Shown here: positions 1 to 10,855 of the stretch, piece after piece
How positions within the stretch are numbered: the first letter of the stretch is position 1
Layout of the letters: each line of letters begins with the position of its first letter
Source of the DNA: an uncultured Planctomycetia bacterium
GTDB taxonomy: Bacteria > Omnitrophota > Gorgyraeia > CAYVEO01
Length of the DNA stretch: 64,000 nt
Direction of reading: 5' to 3'
Assembly: GCA_964449965.1 (NCBI GenBank)
Contig: CAYVEO010000003.1
Span: forward strand, 1,052 to 65,051
Notes under the pieces: generated by a model
Seen by the model: the letters and a program-made list of their open reading frames with translations, nothing else
What the model was told of the DNA's origin: nothing
Databases searched by the model: none
Made by a program: the position numbers and the translations under genes

Positions 1-5
1 TTATT

Positions 6-929
6 ATGTTTGGTATCTATACCCTTTCCTTTGGCCTTGCCCTCGCATCCATATCCCGCCATTATTATATCTTATTGCTGGCATCAGGTTTGATGGGCAT
101 AGGTGCCGGACTGATTGAGGGCTTGATAAGTGCCCTCATATCAGACCTGTATGCAAAGAAGAGGACAAAGACACTAAATATAACGCAATCATTCTTTAAC
201 ATAGGCGCTATCATAGGCCCTGTAATGGCGGGATATATAATACAGAAAAACATGGGCTGGAGGACGGCGTATCTCGCTACTTCTGTAATGACGCTGGCAA
301 TAGCAATTATATATAGTAGAGTGCCGGTCCCGCCGAATTGTCATGCAGATAAGATAAACGGCACTGTTATACACACTTTGTTTAAGGATAAGACCTTTAT
401 CTTCCTGAATCTTGTAATGTTCTTATACGTAGGTGCAGAAATAGGGACAGCCGCATGGATACCTAACTACCTGAGTGAAGAATATGGATTAAAGGACTCA
501 ACCTGTGGCATTGTCCTGGGGGCGTTCTGGGGGCTGATGATGCTTGGAAGACTTGTCTATAGTCGGGCAATAGAAAAACTCCATGCATTAAGACTCATCT
601 TTATCAGCACAATAGGGGCCCTTATATGTTTGCTTATTAATCTGGTTACCAATATCGCTCCAATATCCATCTTATCCTTTTGCGGTACAGGGCTATTCTT
701 CGCAGGTATATGGCCTACTATCCTGGCATATGCAGGAGAAAAACTTCCCGGATACTCAGGGACCATTTTTGGTATAATCATAGCCTCGGGCGCAGCAGCA
801 TCAGTTATATTCCCATGGCTTATCGGGATAATTGCTAACTACATTGGTTTGAAGAATGGCATGGGTGTTGTGTCTATTCTAATGGCTCTGAACCTCATAG
901 TGTTATGGCGATTGAAAATTAACAAATAA
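6..929 (+). CDS. MFS transporter (FucP/TsgA-like), probably N-terminally truncated by the window edge
   Basis: About 10 hydrophobic helices; motifs FLYVGAEIG and LGRL; length short for a 12-TM MFS. Confidence 0.8.
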   Translation: MFGIYTLSFGLALASISRHYYILLLASGLMGIGAGLIEGLISALISDLYAKKRTKTLNITQSFFNIGAIIGPVMAGYIIQKNMGWRTAYLATSVMTLAIAIIYSRVPVPPNCHADKINGTVIHTLFKDKTFIFLNLVMFLYVGAEIGTAAWIPNYLSEEYGLKDSTCGIVLGAFWGLMMLGRLVYSRAIEKLHALRLIFISTIGALICLLINLVTNIAPISILSFCGTGLFFAGIWPTILAYAGEKLPGYSGTIFGIIIASGAAASVIFPWLIGIIANYIGLKNGMGVVSILMALNLIVLWRLKINK

Positions 930-948
930 TAAATTTTTTATTTTTTAT

Positions 949-977
949 TTGACAAATCAAAACCCTCTTGATATAAT
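949..977 (+). promoter_or_regulatory. sigma70 promoter
   Basis: TTGACA-17 bp-TATAAT, a perfect consensus, upstream of CDS 1090. Confidence 0.85.
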
Positions 978-987
978 CCTTATGGTT

Positions 988-1065
988 GTAGCGGTCCGCC
1001 TAAGGCGGACCTGTCAGGGTCGGATGGATCCGACCCCTACGAGTAGGACGGGCGTCTCGCCTGTC
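988..1065. repeat. Composite REP-like cluster with three hairpins
   Basis: GTAG-c-ggtccgcc-taa-ggcggacc; gggtcggat-gg-atccgaccc-CTAC; GTAG-gacgggcg-tct-cgcctgtc. Confidence 0.8.
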
Positions 1066-1089
1066 AAATAACAAAACAAAGGAGGATGT

Positions 1090-2409
1090 ATGAAAAAGTG
1101 GTCCATCGTATTATTGGGAAGTTTGTCAATGTATTTGCTGTTATCCTGTGCAGGCATAAAGGTTTATTCTGAAGGTTCTGAAGCAGAAGTCAAGGAAAAC
1201 CCGGGTAAAGAAAAGGTGCTCGCTACAGTAAATGGCGTGTCTATATATCAGAAAGACATATTTGGTATAGGCGGCATGCCCCCTGCAGCCTTCCAGCAAG
1301 GGCAGGGAGGAAAAGACTTTAGTCAGGATATACTTAAGAGGGCTATTGACCAGGAACTATTATACCAGGAGGCAAAGAGTCTGGAACTTGACAAAGACCC
1401 CGAATATCAGGAACAACTCAACAGGATGAAACAGTATGAAAAACAATATGAGACCCAGAGATTAGCAAACCTTTTAGAGACCAAGAGGATGTCAGAATCA
1501 AGGGAAAAGTCAAACTACACGCCCTCACAGGAAGAGATAGATAACTATTATGAAGCGAACAAGGATAGATTCTCAAAGATTGCTGAAGACCAGGCAAAGT
1601 CACGAATATCACAGATACTCATAAGCCAGAAGGCAGGAGAAGAATATCAGAAGTGGCTGAAGGAAGTCTTTGCAAAGGCAGATATTAAGGTAAACGGCAG
1701 CCCCATTTCCAAAGAAACCTTAAGTGCAAGTATAGAATCCGACCTTTTATCCACCCCAATGTTTGGGGCACCTATGGCACCAAGAACCGAGAAACCTTCC
1801 AATGTTTTCTTTGAGACTGTTAAGCAGATGATTATTGAACAGTCTGCAAAGGAAAAGGAGGCAGAAAAATCAGAGATAGAAAAGGACCAGGCAAAGGTTA
1901 AGGAACTTTTCCTATCGGCAAAGATGTCTATTAATGATAAGACAGTTCTGTTAGGGGATTATCCCCAGTTGCAAACCTTATTCGTCCAGAATCCACAAGG
2001 TCCCCCTGTGCCTATGTATTATCCTGCCTTACTTATGATAGTAAAGGAAGAACTATTAGCACAGCAGGCTAAGGCTGAAAAGTTAGACCAGGGTGCGGCA
2101 TTTCCAGGCTCACCTTATCCTGTAATGGGAGGGTTGAACCAGGAAAGGATGATGCTGATAAGGAGACTGGAAGAAAAGAGCGGTTTCTATAGCCAGCCCG
2201 CAAGCATCACGGATGAGGAGATTAACCAGTATTACGAAGAGAATAAGGCAAGGTGGGAAAAGATGGGGTTTGAGAAGGCAAAGATGCGTATTAGAAATAT
2301 CCTCATCTCTCAGAAGGCACAAGAAAAAAGAGAAGGATTCTTAGGAAACCTTCGGGCAAAGGCTGATATAAAGATAATGGAGCAAGAAGTCCCGGAAACC
2401 AAAGAATAA
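1090..2409 (+). CDS. Lipoprotein, SurA/PrsA chaperone-domain protein with an internal duplication and no parvulin domain
   Basis: Lipobox LLSC; VLATVNG; ELLYQEAK..LDKDPEY; EEIxxYYExNK..ISQKA..KADIK present twice; RBS GGAGG. Confidence 0.7.
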   Translation: MKKWSIVLLGSLSMYLLLSCAGIKVYSEGSEAEVKENPGKEKVLATVNGVSIYQKDIFGIGGMPPAAFQQGQGGKDFSQDILKRAIDQELLYQEAKSLELDKDPEYQEQLNRMKQYEKQYETQRLANLLETKRMSESREKSNYTPSQEEIDNYYEANKDRFSKIAEDQAKSRISQILISQKAGEEYQKWLKEVFAKADIKVNGSPISKETLSASIESDLLSTPMFGAPMAPRTEKPSNVFFETVKQMIIEQSAKEKEAEKSEIEKDQAKVKELFLSAKMSINDKTVLLGDYPQLQTLFVQNPQGPPVPMYYPALLMIVKEELLAQQAKAEKLDQGAAFPGSPYPVMGGLNQERMMLIRRLEEKSGFYSQPASITDEEINQYYEENKARWEKMGFEKAKMRIRNILISQKAQEKREGFLGNLRAKADIKIMEQEVPETKE

Positions 2410-2411
2410 AT

Positions 2412-3845
2412 ATGGCAGAAGTAATAACTACACCAAAAAAAAGCGGGGTGCCTGGAGAAACACAGTTACCCAAATTAGTCAAGGACTACTATGATAAGGG
2501 TCTCTTTGCCTTTAATAAGGCGAACTATGACTATGCAATAGAATTATTCAGTCAGGCACTCGCTTTAAAACATGATTTTGTAGATGCACGGCGCCAGCTC
2601 AGGTTAGCAGAAAAGAAGAGGATTGAAAGACATCCTCCATCCCTGATTAAAAAAAGCCTAATGCAGCTCACAAGTGTCATCCCTCTCGTGATTGCCATGG
2701 CGCTGGATATGCTGGGTAAGAGGATGAAGGCTATAGACAATTATGAGAAGATTCTCAAGACAGACCCTGCTAATATAATCGTCCTGCATCAGATTGCAAA
2801 CCTGTTTATAAAAGAAGGGATGACCGAATCTGCTATTGCCGCCTATGAGGACATCATAGAGGTGGACACCAAAGATATTGGAACGTTCAAAGAACTTGCA
2901 AGACTCTATTCCGAAAAGGGGGATTATAACAGGGCACGATTCTGTTATAACAGTGTCCTCCAGACTCAGCCTGGTGATTCAGATGCAGAGGACGGGCTTA
3001 AAAACATAGATGCCCTGGGCGCCATAAGGAAAGGCAGATGGGATGACCAGACCACCACATACAGGACCAAGATAAAGGACCAGGAGGCATCCCTCAAACT
3101 TGAAAAGGAAGGTAAAAAGGCAAGGACAGAATCTGATATTGAACTATTGATAAAAGATAATGAGGGAAAGTTAAAGACAAACCCAAATGACCCTGTAACG
3201 CTCAGGACACTCGGAGACCTCTACGTGCGGCTCGGGGAGTTAGACAAGGCTACTGAGCGGTATAAGAGGGCTATAGAATTAGACCCGACCAACTATTCCA
3301 TCCAGATCAAACTTTCTGATATTCAGTTTAAGAGATTAGACACCGGTATAAGTGAGAAGGAAGAGGCTCTAAGAAAAACCCCTGATGACATAACATTAAA
3401 GAAAGAACTTGAGGAACTCAAAGAGAATAGAGGAAATTTAGAACTGGATGAGGCAAAAAGAAGGGTAGTCCAGTATCCGAGCGAAACCTCTTATAAATTT
3501 CAATATGGAATACTCCTTGAGAAGAGAGGCAAGAGAGACGAGGCTATAGGTATGTTCCAATTAGCTGTCAATGACCCTGTTTACAGGAACAAGTCCCTCA
3601 ATATGCTGGGACTCTGCTTTCAGCAGAAAAAGATGTTTGACCTGGCAGTGACACAGTTCCAGAAGGCATTGGAAAAAAACACAGACCTGAATGAAGATAC
3701 AAAAGAAATAATCTACAACCTCGGCACAACCTACGAAGAGATGGGCAATCACGAAAAGGCCCATGCAGAATTCAAGAAGATATACGAAGTTGATATAACC
3801 TACCGAGACGTCTCCCAGAAGATAGAAAAAGCATATAAAAAATAA
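2412..3845 (+). CDS. Tetratricopeptide repeat protein
   Basis: Multiple TPR-like units, e.g. LGDLYVRLGELDKATERYKRAIELDP. Confidence 0.85.
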   Translation: MAEVITTPKKSGVPGETQLPKLVKDYYDKGLFAFNKANYDYAIELFSQALALKHDFVDARRQLRLAEKKRIERHPPSLIKKSLMQLTSVIPLVIAMALDMLGKRMKAIDNYEKILKTDPANIIVLHQIANLFIKEGMTESAIAAYEDIIEVDTKDIGTFKELARLYSEKGDYNRARFCYNSVLQTQPGDSDAEDGLKNIDALGAIRKGRWDDQTTTYRTKIKDQEASLKLEKEGKKARTESDIELLIKDNEGKLKTNPNDPVTLRTLGDLYVRLGELDKATERYKRAIELDPTNYSIQIKLSDIQFKRLDTGISEKEEALRKTPDDITLKKELEELKENRGNLELDEAKRRVVQYPSETSYKFQYGILLEKRGKRDEAIGMFQLAVNDPVYRNKSLNMLGLCFQQKKMFDLAVTQFQKALEKNTDLNEDTKEIIYNLGTTYEEMGNHEKAHAEFKKIYEVDITYRDVSQKIEKAYKK

Positions 3846-3849
3846 GAAT

Positions 3850-5184
3850 TTATAATATAGGCAGATACTTATCTAACTCATAATCAGTAATGTGAATACG
3901 GTACCTGTCCCATTCTATCTTCTTATTCTCTATAAAACTGTTGAATATATGGTCACCCAATGCCTTCCGGACAAGTCCGCTCTTCTCAGTCAGAAGGATT
4001 GCGTCGTGCAGATTTCCTGGTAATGTCGCTATCCCTCTCTTCTTGCGTTCCGCTTCGCTCATCTTAAATATATTCTCTTCTACAGGTTCTGGCAATTCAT
4101 ATCCTTTTTCTATTCCTTCAAGCCCTGCAGCCAGCATTACGGCAAATGCAAGATACGGGTTACATGCCGGGTCAGGAGACCTGAACTCAACCCTTGTAGC
4201 ATTCTCTTTTCCTGGTTTATAAACAGGGACTCTGACAAGGTCAGACCTGTTTCGCTCTGCCCATGATAGATATACAGGCGCCTCGTATCCCGGGACCAGC
4301 CTCTTGTATGAATTTACCCACTGATTGGTAATAGAGGTTATCTCAGGTGCATGTTTTAACAAGCCGGCGATATAACATTTACCAACCTTTGACAGGTGAT
4401 AACTGTCATTCTTATCAAAGAAGGCATTCTTGTCTCCCTTAAAAAGGGATTGGTGCGTATGCATGCCGCTGCCATTCTCTCCGAATATGGGTTTTGGCAT
4501 AAACGTAGCATAGACATTGTGCCGGAGTGCTATTTCCTTTACGACCAAACGATAAGTCATGGCATTATCAGCCATGGTAAGCGCATCTGTATATCTCAAG
4601 TCTATTTCATGCTGGGAAGGTGCTACTTCATGGTGGCTGTATTCAACGCCTATACCCATCTCTTCTAATGTCAGGACAGTGTCTCGCCTTAAGTCACTTG
4701 CCACGTCCAAGGGGGTAAGGTCAAAGTATCCGCCCTTGTCAAGGGTTACTGTTGACTTTGAATCCTGGAAATAGAAATATTCAAGTTCAGGCCCCACATA
4801 AAAGGTATAGCCTTTTTCAGCCGCACGTTTGAGATTCTGCTTCAGGATATGCCTTGGGTCACCTTCATAAGGTTCACGATAAGGTGTAAGAATATCACAG
4901 AACATCCTCGCCACTGCATGCTGCTCTCTCGGCCTCCACGGAAGTATCTGAAAGGTATTCGGGTCAGGGAAGGCTATCATGTCGCTTTCATCTATTCTGG
5001 CAAAACCTTCTATAGATGAGCCGTCAAACCCCATCCCTTCTTCCAGCGCCCCTTCCAACTCTTCAATAGTGATTGCAAAACTTTTCAAGAACCCTAATAT
5101 ATCCGTAAACCACAGCCTTACAAATTTTACACCCTTCTCCTTTGCAGTCTTAAGAACGTATTCCTTATCTCTTCCCTTTGCCAT
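3850..5184 (-). CDS. glnA: Glutamine synthetase type I
   Basis: FDGSSIEGF, HHEVAPSQHE, FMPKP, NGSGMH, RLVPGYEAP and EFRSPDP motifs. Confidence 0.97.
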   Translation of the reverse strand: MAKGRDKEYVLKTAKEKGVKFVRLWFTDILGFLKSFAITIEELEGALEEGMGFDGSSIEGFARIDESDMIAFPDPNTFQILPWRPREQHAVARMFCDILTPYREPYEGDPRHILKQNLKRAAEKGYTFYVGPELEYFYFQDSKSTVTLDKGGYFDLTPLDVASDLRRDTVLTLEEMGIGVEYSHHEVAPSQHEIDLRYTDALTMADNAMTYRLVVKEIALRHNVYATFMPKPIFGENGSGMHTHQSLFKGDKNAFFDKNDSYHLSKVGKCYIAGLLKHAPEITSITNQWVNSYKRLVPGYEAPVYLSWAERNRSDLVRVPVYKPGKENATRVEFRSPDPACNPYLAFAVMLAAGLEGIEKGYELPEPVEENIFKMSEAERKKRGIATLPGNLHDAILLTEKSGLVRKALGDHIFNSFIENKKIEWDRYRIHITDYELDKYLPIL

Positions 5185-5213
5185 TTTATCATACCCCTTT
5201 CTAATTTTTCAAT

Positions 5214-5242
5214 AGCATACCACAAGTATTTGTTTGTGTCAA
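5214..5242 (-). promoter_or_regulatory. sigma70 promoter of glnA
   Basis: TTGACA-17-TATGCT with TG extension. Confidence 0.65.
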
Positions 5243-5249
5243 TAAAATT

Positions 5250-6164
5250 TTATACCCGGGCCATCTTCAAAATTTCCAGCCCTACCCGCAGTGCCTCTCT
5301 GCCATCCTTACCTGATACTACCGGCTGAGTGTCTTTTCTAACACATTCCATAAAGGATTTCAGTTCTGACTTGAGAGGCTCATCCCTTTCAATGTTTATC
5401 TCTTCCCTTACTATCCTGTTCTTGAGTTTTCTGCATAAGGTAGCAGACTGTCTGACGTAGTCAACTGAGACATAGGCATCTTCCTGGAATACCCTGAGTT
5501 TTCTGACAGTATCCTGCGAGACGCGGCTTGCAGTGAGATTACAGACTGTGCCATTTTCAAATATTATACGGGCATTAGTTATGTCCTCATAGTCTGAGAG
5601 GACCTTCATCCCTATTGCATCTAAGCGTTTTATCCTTGAACAGACAAGGTCAAGGACAATGTCTATATCATGAATCATCAGTTCCAGGACAACTCCCACA
5701 TCAGTCCCCCTATTGGGGAAAGGAGAGAGCCTCAGGGCCTCTATAAACCTTGGACCTTTAGAAATCCTTTTCAATGCCTTGATGGCTGCATTAAACCTTT
5801 CTACGTGTCCTACCTGCAGAATTGTTTTCTTCTTGCGTGCGATTTCAAGCAGTTCATCTGCCTCATTTAATGTTCTCGTAATTGGTTTTTCCACCAGAAC
5901 GTCTATGCCATGGGTTAAAAAGTCCTTTGCAATCTTATGATGGAATTGGGTAGGGACAACAACACTTACCGCATCCACCTCATTTAACAAGTCCTTATAG
6001 TCTGAGTAGTATTTTGTAGAACAGAGCCTTGCAACATCTTCTGCACGCTTTTTATCGCAATCACATACCCCTTTTAAAACCACGCCATCCAGCATAGAAT
6101 ATATCTTGGCATGGACCGAGCCTAAATGGCCTACACCTATTACACCAACGCTTATTCTTTTCAA
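5250..6164 (-). CDS. Gfo/Idh/MocA oxidoreductase (GnnA-like UDP-GlcNAc dehydrogenase)
   Basis: GVGHLG Rossmann motif, [21 protein letters not shown]. Confidence 0.85.
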   Translation of the reverse strand: MKRISVGVIGVGHLGSVHAKIYSMLDGVVLKGVCDCDKKRAEDVARLCSTKYYSDYKDLLNEVDAVSVVVPTQFHHKIAKDFLTHGIDVLVEKPITRTLNEADELLEIARKKKTILQVGHVERFNAAIKALKRISKGPRFIEALRLSPFPNRGTDVGVVLELMIHDIDIVLDLVCSRIKRLDAIGMKVLSDYEDITNARIIFENGTVCNLTASRVSQDTVRKLRVFQEDAYVSVDYVRQSATLCRKLKNRIVREEINIERDEPLKSELKSFMECVRKDTQPVVSGKDGREALRVGLEILKMARV

Positions 6165-7234
6165 AACCCTATCTCCTTCACTATCAAATCCATCCTGGGA
6201 GAAAGACTAACAGGTTCAGGTGCAGCCTCTATCGCCCTTTCAGTATCTTTTAAACCGTGTCCTGTTAGCACACATACTATTTTCAAGGATTTAGATTTAC
6301 CAGAAGTTTTCTTAAAATATCCCTTCCTGACTAATTTCAATACACCTGCCACAGAGGCGGCAGAGGCTGGTTCAACAAACACCCCTTCTCTGTCTGCCAG
6401 AAGTTTATAGGCGTCCAGAATCTCATTATCATTCACCATGTCAATCAATCCACCTGATTCATCCCTGGCAGACTCTGCCTGTCTCCAACTGGCAGGGTTT
6501 CCTATCCTGATGGCGGTAGCAACTGTCTGTGGTTTTTCTATAATCTCACCCCTCACTATAGGGGCGGCACCTTCAGCCTGAAACCCAAGCATCTTTGGCA
6601 ATGATTTTATCTTTTTCAAATGATAATATTCTTTATACCCTTTCCAATAGGCAGTGATATTACCTGCATTCCCCACAGGAATAGCATGGTAATCAGGGAC
6701 CCCTAACTCATCACATATCTCAAATGCCCCGGTTTTCTGCCCTTCAATCCTGTAAGGATTTATGGAGTTCACAAGGGTAACCGGATATTTCTGTGTAATC
6801 TCCTTTACTAATGTCAGGGCTTCGTCAAAATTCCCTTTGATGGTGATGACCTTTGCACCGTGTATCATCGCCTGTGCTAATTTCCCCTTAGCTATGGCAG
6901 CCTCAGGTACAATGACTATACACCTTATACCTGCCTTAGCCGCATAGGCACTCGCAGAGGCTGAGGTATTACCTGTAGAGGCACACATGATAGCCCGCGA
7001 ACCCTGCTCCAATGCCTTTGAGACAGCCATTGTCATCCCTCTGTCCTTGAACGAACCTGTTGGGTTCATACCATCGTATTTGAGATATACCTCTATACCT
7101 TTTCCAGCCAGTTTACTCAAGGTCTTAGAATAGAGGAGCGGCGTGCCGCCCTCTTTCAACGTAACAATCGGCGTTTTATCTGTTACCGGCAGGAATTCCC
7201 TGTATCTATCTATCAACCCCATCGTTGGCATCAT
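6161..7234 (-). CDS. thrC: Threonine synthase
   Basis: [32 protein letters not shown]. Confidence 0.95.
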   Translation of the reverse strand: MMPTMGLIDRYREFLPVTDKTPIVTLKEGGTPLLYSKTLSKLAGKGIEVYLKYDGMNPTGSFKDRGMTMAVSKALEQGSRAIMCASTGNTSASASAYAAKAGIRCIVIVPEAAIAKGKLAQAMIHGAKVITIKGNFDEALTLVKEITQKYPVTLVNSINPYRIEGQKTGAFEICDELGVPDYHAIPVGNAGNITAYWKGYKEYYHLKKIKSLPKMLGFQAEGAAPIVRGEIIEKPQTVATAIRIGNPASWRQAESARDESGGLIDMVNDNEILDAYKLLADREGVFVEPASAASVAGVLKLVRKGYFKKTSGKSKSLKIVCVLTGHGLKDTERAIEAAPEPVSLSPRMDLIVKEIGF

Positions 7235-8535
7235 TCCTCTTTCTCCATCCTTATTACAACGCTCTTTCTCTTCATAATAGGCAAAAGGTCTATCTCCTCT
7301 ATCGCCTGACGAATATTCATTTCATCAGCCTCATGTGTAAGCATGACTATAGGAACTATTCGTTCCTTCATCCTCTCCTTCTGTATGACGCTTGCAATGC
7401 TTATGTTATGTTCGCCTAAAACCTTCGTAATCTGTGCAAATACGCCAGGGCGGTCAATCGCAGAGAACCTGATGTAATATCTCGTCTCTATCTCTTCCAT
7501 TCTCTTTATTCTCTTTATGCTCGCATCATGCACGGGAAAAGGAATCCTCCTCTTTGAATTATGGATTATATTTCTCGCTATATCCACTACGTCGCTAATC
7601 ACAGCGCTGGCAGTAGGCCTCTGTCCCGCGCCCTTCCCATAAAGTAATAGATTGCCTACCATATCGCCTGATATATAGATGGCGTTGAATACCCCGTTCA
7701 CTGAGGATAATAGATGCCCTTTCGGGATGAGGGTAGGATGGACCCTGACCTCTAACTCTTCCCCGACCTTCTTTGCTATAGCGAGCAATTTCAGGACACA
7801 TCCCAATTCATCTGCATATCTTATGTCATTAGGTGAAATATCAAGAATACCCTCTACATGGACATCACTGAGTTTCACGTCTATGCCAAATCCCAATGTC
7901 GCCAGTATTGCTAACTTATGGGCAGAGTCAATCCCTTTTATGTCTAATGAAGGGTCCTTTTCAGCATAGCCTTTCTCCTGTGCCTCTTGTAATGCTACTT
8001 TAAAATCGCAATTCTCATCAGTCATCTTGGTCAGGATATAGTTGGATGTGCCATTTACTATCCCGAATATAGATTGGACGTGATTGGCTATAAGCCCTTC
8101 TCTCAAGGATTTTATTATGGGTATCCCGCCGCCGACACTCGCTTCAAAATAAAGGTCAACATCGTTGTCCAAGGCTGTCTGAAAGAGTTCGCCCTTGCAT
8201 TCTGCCAGGAGTGCCTTATTTGCCGTAATGATATGCTTACCGCTTTGCAATGCCCTTATTATAAACTCCTTTGCAGGATGAATGCCGCCCATTAACTCTA
8301 TAACTATCTTTATATCAGGGTCGTTAATAACCTTGTGGACGTCTGTAGTCAAAAGCCCGGGTTCTACCTCCACATCCCTCGGAGAAATAATGTCCTTGTC
8401 ACAGATAGTTTTAAGCCTGAGTTCAACCCCCACCCTCTTTTCTAAAAAGGATGCTCTTTCTTTTAATGCCTTGACTACACCTGTGCCAATAGTCCCAAAT
8501 CCTATTAGTCCTATGTTTATTGTATTTTTCATCAT
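7231..8535 (-). CDS. hom: Homoserine dehydrogenase with ACT domain
   Basis: [30 protein letters not shown]; C-terminal DRPGV ACT domain. Confidence 0.95.
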   Translation of the reverse strand: MMKNTINIGLIGFGTIGTGVVKALKERASFLEKRVGVELRLKTICDKDIISPRDVEVEPGLLTTDVHKVINDPDIKIVIELMGGIHPAKEFIIRALQSGKHIITANKALLAECKGELFQTALDNDVDLYFEASVGGGIPIIKSLREGLIANHVQSIFGIVNGTSNYILTKMTDENCDFKVALQEAQEKGYAEKDPSLDIKGIDSAHKLAILATLGFGIDVKLSDVHVEGILDISPNDIRYADELGCVLKLLAIAKKVGEELEVRVHPTLIPKGHLLSSVNGVFNAIYISGDMVGNLLLYGKGAGQRPTASAVISDVVDIARNIIHNSKRRIPFPVHDASIKRIKRMEEIETRYYIRFSAIDRPGVFAQITKVLGEHNISIASVIQKERMKERIVPIVMLTHEADEMNIRQAIEEIDLLPIMKRKSVVIRMEKEE

Positions 8536-9404
8536 TATCTTTTCCTATTTAATATAAAATCGGCGATGCCTCTCAGGCTATCTGCCTTTTTCCCAAAATT
8601 TCTGAGCTCGTATTTGGCTTCTTCTGTAATTCGGGCTGCTTCGTCCATGGCCCCTTTCGCTCCAAAGTATTGAGCATAACCATCATTGTCAATGACATCA
8701 TCTACAATCTGAAATGCCAGTCCTATGTATTGACCAAATCTAAAGATAGATTTTATCTTTCTATCATCTGCCGTAGTGCCGATAGCCCCTATCTTGACCG
8801 AGGCTGCTATCAATGCACCTGTCTTATGGGTATTGATATATTCAAGGACAGCTAATCCTGTATCATTCTTACCCTTCTCTTCCATATCCACAACCTGTCC
8901 GCCTATCATCCCTGTACTTCCTATAGCCCTTGTAATTTCTCTAATCCTCAATATATTAGTTTCTGAATCTCTTCCCTTAGCCAATAATTGAAAACCTAAG
9001 GTAAGGAGTGCATCACCGGTAAGGATACCGATAGCCTCTCCGAATTTCTTATGGCAGGAGGGTTTACCTCTCCTGTAATCGTCATTGTCCATCGCCGGCA
9101 GGTCATCATGGATAAGTGAGTAGGAATGTATAATCTCTATTGCACAGGCAGATGGCATAACGTCTCCCATATTACCCCCACATGACTGTGAGGAGGCTAT
9201 AGCAAGTATCGCCCTGAGCCTCTTTCCGCCTGAGAAGACAGCGTATCTCATCGCCTTATGAATACTTCTTGGAAATACATCTTCACCAGGCAGATATTTA
9301 TTTAATGCCTCATCTACCCTTTTTTTATTTTCTTCTATATAATCTCTGATGACAGGCGGGACGTCCGCCTTGGCGGACGAGACGCCCGTCCTACTAATTT
9401 TCAT
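8535..9404 (-). CDS. ispA: Geranyltranstransferase / FPP synthase with a repeat-derived 16-aa N-terminal insert
   Basis: GGKRLR, SLIHDDLPAMDNDDYRRGKP, KTGAL, FQIVDD; follows xseB. Confidence 0.93.
   Translation of the reverse strand: MKISRTGVSSAKADVPPVIRDYIEENKKRVDEALNKYLPGEDVFPRSIHKAMRYAVFSGGKRLRAILAIASSQSCGGNMGDVMPSACAIEIIHSYSLIHDDLPAMDNDDYRRGKPSCHKKFGEAIGILTGDALLTLGFQLLAKGRDSETNILRIREITRAIGSTGMIGGQVVDMEEKGKNDTGLAVLEYINTHKTGALIAASVKIGAIGTTADDRKIKSIFRFGQYIGLAFQIVDDVIDNDGYAQYFGAKGAMDEAARITEEAKYELRNFGKKADSLRGIADFILNRKR
9351..9394 (-). repeat. GTAG REP-like element with nested hairpin, inside ispA
   Basis: Minus strand GTAGGACGGGCGTCTCGTCCGCCAAGGCGGACGTCCCGCCTGTC; 1 mismatch to the copy at 33623-33666. 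Confidence 0.9.
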
Positions 9405-9636
9405 TATTTACCTTCCCTGTATTAAACGGCTCAAGGTCAAATTTACCGTCATCCTTCTTCACCAGAACCTCCACCTTCTTCTTTGCGGCCTCAAGTTCCT
9501 TTGAAAGAATACGGGATAACTTAACCCCCTCTTCATACCTTTTCAATGACTCATCTAATGATAATTCTCCTCCCTCTAACTCAGAGACTATCTTCTCAAG
9601 TTTCTTCAGTGCATCTTCAAACTTCATCTCAGCCAT
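9394..9636 (-). CDS. xseB: Exodeoxyribonuclease VII small subunit
   Basis: FEDALKKLEKIVSELE..LDESLKRYEEGV. Confidence 0.95.
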   Translation of the reverse strand: MAEMKFEDALKKLEKIVSELEGGELSLDESLKRYEEGVKLSRILSKELEAAKKKVEVLVKKDDGKFDLEPFNTGKVNNEN

Positions 9637-10855
9637 CTATACTCTCCACCTTTCCTGTAAAAGACCCCTTCCCCAATCTTGTTCGGACAAGGTCTCCTAT
9701 CTTAACGGACTTTGCATCTTTTATCAAAATCTCACCCGGCAATTTCAGCGTGATGCTATATCCCCTTGATAATATCGCGAGCGGACTCAAAGTATCTAAT
9801 TTACCTAATATTGCCTTCAATCGTTCTGTATTTAGTTTAAGAAAATATTCCATCACCTGATGCAGCTCTTCGGTTAAATCATCTATCATCTGTTGATACT
9901 GCTGGACTATGTTTAAAGGGTGTCTCAGGACATAGGTTGACATTAGAGACTCAAATTCCTTTTTCAAAAGATTCACCTTATTTAAAAGTGCAGATTTTAA
10001 CCTTACGTTAAAACCATCTATCCTCATCATTAGGTCTTCTTTCCTGCCTATAACAAGTTCTGCAGCGGCAGAAGGCGTAGGTGCACGTAGGTCAGCCACA
10101 AAATCTGCTATAGTCCAATCTATCTCATGACCTACTGCTGATATGACAGGTATATTTGAATTATAAATTGCCCTCGCTACAATCTCTTCGTTGAATGCCC
10201 ATAAGTCCTCCAGACTGCCGCCGCCCCTGCCTACTATCATTACGTCTATATTCCCAAACGTATTTAAATCCCTTATGGCATTAGATATCTCCTCTCGTGC
10301 CCCTTCACCCTGGACCTTCACAGGGTATATTATGACCTCTACGTTAGAGAACCTCCTGTCAAGGACATTCAGTATGTCCCTTATCGCAGCCCCTGTAGGT
10401 GAGGTCACTATTCCTATCCTTTTCGGCAGGAGAGGCACCGGCTTTTTATGGGCAGGGTCAAACAAACCCTCTTTAGAAAGTTTCGCCTTCAGTTGTTCAA
10501 ATGCCAATTGCAGGGCACCCAGCCCCCTCGGCTCAAGTTTTTCTACGTATAATTGATACTGCCCCTGCTTGTCATAGACGCTTAGTCTTCCAAAGCATAT
10601 CACTGCTGTGCCATCCTTCAATTCAAACTTAAACCTAACAGCCGTATCCTTCCAGACAATGGCACGCAGCTGGCTGGATTCGTCTTTTAAGGTAAAATAG
10701 AGATGACCTGAGGTATGCAATTTATAGTTAGATACCTCACCCTCAACCCATACACGAGGAAAACTATCCTCTAAAATAATCTTGAGCTCTTTAGTTAATT
10801 CACTTACGGTATAGACGTGTTCTTTTACTGCAGTCCATTCCTCTATCTCTGCCAT
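9629..10855 (-). CDS. xseA: Exodeoxyribonuclease VII large subunit
   Basis: SGHLYFTLKD, GRGGGSLEDLWAFN, SAVGHE, RAPTPSAAAE. Confidence 0.96.
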   Translation of the reverse strand: MAEIEEWTAVKEHVYTVSELTKELKIILEDSFPRVWVEGEVSNYKLHTSGHLYFTLKDESSQLRAIVWKDTAVRFKFELKDGTAVICFGRLSVYDKQGQYQLYVEKLEPRGLGALQLAFEQLKAKLSKEGLFDPAHKKPVPLLPKRIGIVTSPTGAAIRDILNVLDRRFSNVEVIIYPVKVQGEGAREEISNAIRDLNTFGNIDVMIVGRGGGSLEDLWAFNEEIVARAIYNSNIPVISAVGHEIDWTIADFVADLRAPTPSAAAELVIGRKEDLMMRIDGFNVRLKSALLNKVNLLKKEFESLMSTYVLRHPLNIVQQYQQMIDDLTEELHQVMEYFLKLNTERLKAILGKLDTLSPLAILSRGYSITLKLPGEILIKDAKSVKIGDLVRTRLGKGSFTGKVESIDG

